A stretch of 63,773 nucleotides of DNA, counting the filler, from Reclinomonas americana ATCC 50394 (taxonomy: Eukaryota): the NCBI GenBank assembly GCA_048213135.1. It is 6 parts of 6 records of this genome, joined end to end, with 100 filler letters (N's around TTAATTAATTAA, not from the genome) between each part and the next. Parts side by side here need not be neighbours in the genome. Positions count along the whole stretch, not along the records: positions 57,636 to 62,124 come from PS015569.1; positions 62,225 to 63,773 come from PS015572.1; 4 more parts are not named here. One strand, given 5' to 3'. The notes under the pieces were generated by a model. That model was not told where the DNA came from. It saw nothing but the letters and a program-made list of their open reading frames with translations, and searched no databases. Below are positions 61,781-63,773 of the stretch, piece by piece (positions within the stretch are counted from its first letter, which is position 1; each line of letters begins with the position of its first letter). A program made the position numbers and the translations under genes.

Positions 61781-62666
61781 ACGGCCTTCGTTGTGATGAT
61801 TGAGAGAGAATCGGAGGACACGCGCTCCGGGACGCGAAGTCTCGACTTTGTGTGGGCATCAGTGCGGTTGAGAAGCGCAATGGGTTAAGCGGATGTGGAA
61901 CGCTAAGTGGATTCAAGCTGCAATACGAGCAGAAAGGCCGCCGGTCAAGTGCGAAGTCATCAGCTGACTTGAATTGCTGCATGGTCTGTCCGTTCCCTCC
62001 CTGACGACCTTTCTCCCTCTCTCTCTTTCTCTCTCCTCTTCCTCCTCCTTGTCAACCTTCTGTTCTCTCCCTCACCTCTTAGTCCCCCTTCTCCTCTTCT
62101 CTCCCTTCCACTCTCTCTCTCTCTNNNNNNNNNNNNNNNNNNNNNNNNNNNNNNNNNNNNNNNNNNNNTTAATTAATTAANNNNNNNNNNNNNNNNNNNN
62201 NNNNNNNNNNNNNNNNNNNNNNNNAAAGGGGTGGTGATGCGCTCTCCGCAGACAAACACGAGGAAAAACAAAATAAACGGAAAACGACCCCGCGCCCACT
62301 GACGGTTACTCCTGCGTGATGCTCACGGGCATCGCATGCACACACACACACACACAATGCACACACAGATCGAGAGGGGAGAGAGAGAGACGAGGGGGAG
62401 GAGGAGGGAGAGCGCGTGCGTACCGAAAAATTCCGACCGCACTCCGTCCACCGGCAATCCATTGCACTTCATTCAACCCAACGACAGCCGCTCCAGCGTG
62501 TGATAGGGCACATGCCCAGCACACCTCCACATATCACCGAGTAGAAAGCGTCAAACGAGCGACGTAGAATGGAAAGAAAAAAGTGCGGGACAGACGTAGC
62601 TCGCGGGCACGGGATTGTCACCTTCCCACCCATTGTCATCGTGTGTGTTTGCGCGCGTGTTTGTGA

Positions 62667-63717
62667 ATGTACTTCCTGTCGCGGCTCGCAGTAAGGTCAG
62701 CAGGTCTGGGTGCAGTGAGGAGACCTGCAGCGATGTGGGGCGCGCCCGCGGCCGGCATCATGGCCATGTCGACTGAAGCTGCCCCTGCTCCCAAGGAGAA
62801 CGTTGCGTGGCTGTGCGTCTGTGTGCGCGTATGTGTGTGCGTACAGGAGACGAGCGCTGTGCGCGTTGCAGCATGACGTGTTGTTGTTGTGATGCGTGAT
62901 GAGATGCTGTTGCGAGCGAGAGTGAGATGTCGACCTTGCTTTCTTCTCTCCATGGGGCGCCACACACGCACGCGCACCCTCCTCTCTCTCTCTTCACGCA
63001 AGAATGCTGACATGCGCACATGCAAACAGGCTCCACCACCGCCGCACATTCAGGCACTCGTGGACGAGATCTGCAAGCTGTCGATTCGCGATGTGGCGGT
63101 GCTCACCAAGGCGCTGCGGGTGCGTTGGTCACAGCCAAGAGAACGACATCCTATGTGTATGTGTCTCTGACTTGTGTGTGTGCAGACGGAGCTGAACATT
63201 CCGGAATCTGCTGGCATTCCCATGTCGTTTGCCGGTCAGTCCTTTGTCATTGTCTCCCTCTCACTCTGTGTGTGCGTGTGCAACTCACACTGAGCATGCA
63301 TGCAGGTGGTGCACCGGCTGCGGCGGCTGCGGGTGCTCCTGCTGAGGCTGCTCGTTCCGTCTCACTCTTTGTCATTGTTGTTGCCGTGCTGGTTGTTGAC
63401 TGTCGTTCTTGTGCGCACAGCGGCCAAGGCCGAGAAGACGGCCTTCAATGTGAAGCTTGAATCGTTTGATGCTGCTCAGAAGCTGAAGCTCATCAAGGAA
63501 GTGCGTGCCCTCATACCGTCACTGGGACTGAAGGAGGTTTGCAAGCACGTCGTCGGTCTTGCTTGTTTGATATGCGGTGCGTCTCACCCACGGCATGCAG
63601 GCCAAGGATTTGGTCGAGGGTGCTCCGTCAACCCTGAAGGAGGGCGTCACCAAGGAGGAGGCGGCCAAGTTCGAGGCCAAGCTGAAGGAGGCCGGTGCCA
63701 AGATCGTCTTGGAATAA
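62667..63717 (+). CDS. MRPL12: Mitochondrial ribosomal protein bL12 (L7/L12)
   Basis: Presequence [11 protein letters not shown]..., [86 protein letters not shown]...[11 protein letters not shown]. Confidence 0.95.
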
Positions 63718-63773
63718 TCGCTGGTCGTCGTTATCTGGCGACGGCTTTTTTTCTTTTCTCTCTCTCTCTCTTT

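Noticed and set aside
29014..62180. Recurrent TTAATTAATTAA palindrome
   Set aside because: Always embedded in equal N runs; an artificial six-frame-stop linker, so gene neighbourhoods across it are meaningless.

Overview
Eukaryotic (protist-like, GC-rich, intron-dense) genomic DNA. It comprises six unrelated scaffolds joined by artificial N-TTAATTAATTAA-N spacers (at 29014, 32954, 53764, 57580, 62169), plus internal gaps. Genes were reconstructed by hand across GT-AG introns: a GCK-III/STE20 kinase, WDR25, DRE2/anamorsin, a possible OB-fold protein, a giant ARM-repeat + protein kinase + HECT ligase gene, FIG4 apparently fused to DEP + DUF547, an intronless P-loop NTPase, a multi-EF-hand protein, an FN3 surface protein, a CH-domain fragment, GRWD1, a PGPG-motif protein, an intron-containing bacterial-type malate synthase G, a GT37-like fucosyltransferase, a PWWP/SAP chromatin protein, a PP2A/PP4-like pseudophosphatase, a GAF-domain fragment, CCDC174 and mitochondrial L7/L12. 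The most striking signals concern splicing. A single-nucleotide exon (C950) is needed to build the kinase APE motif. A large class of GTTGCG(T) donors follows non-G exon ends and looks like the normal donor shifted by +1. One small contig (17237-18442) appears to be inverted in the assembly. All protein family calls come from motif recognition by eye, not from database searches.
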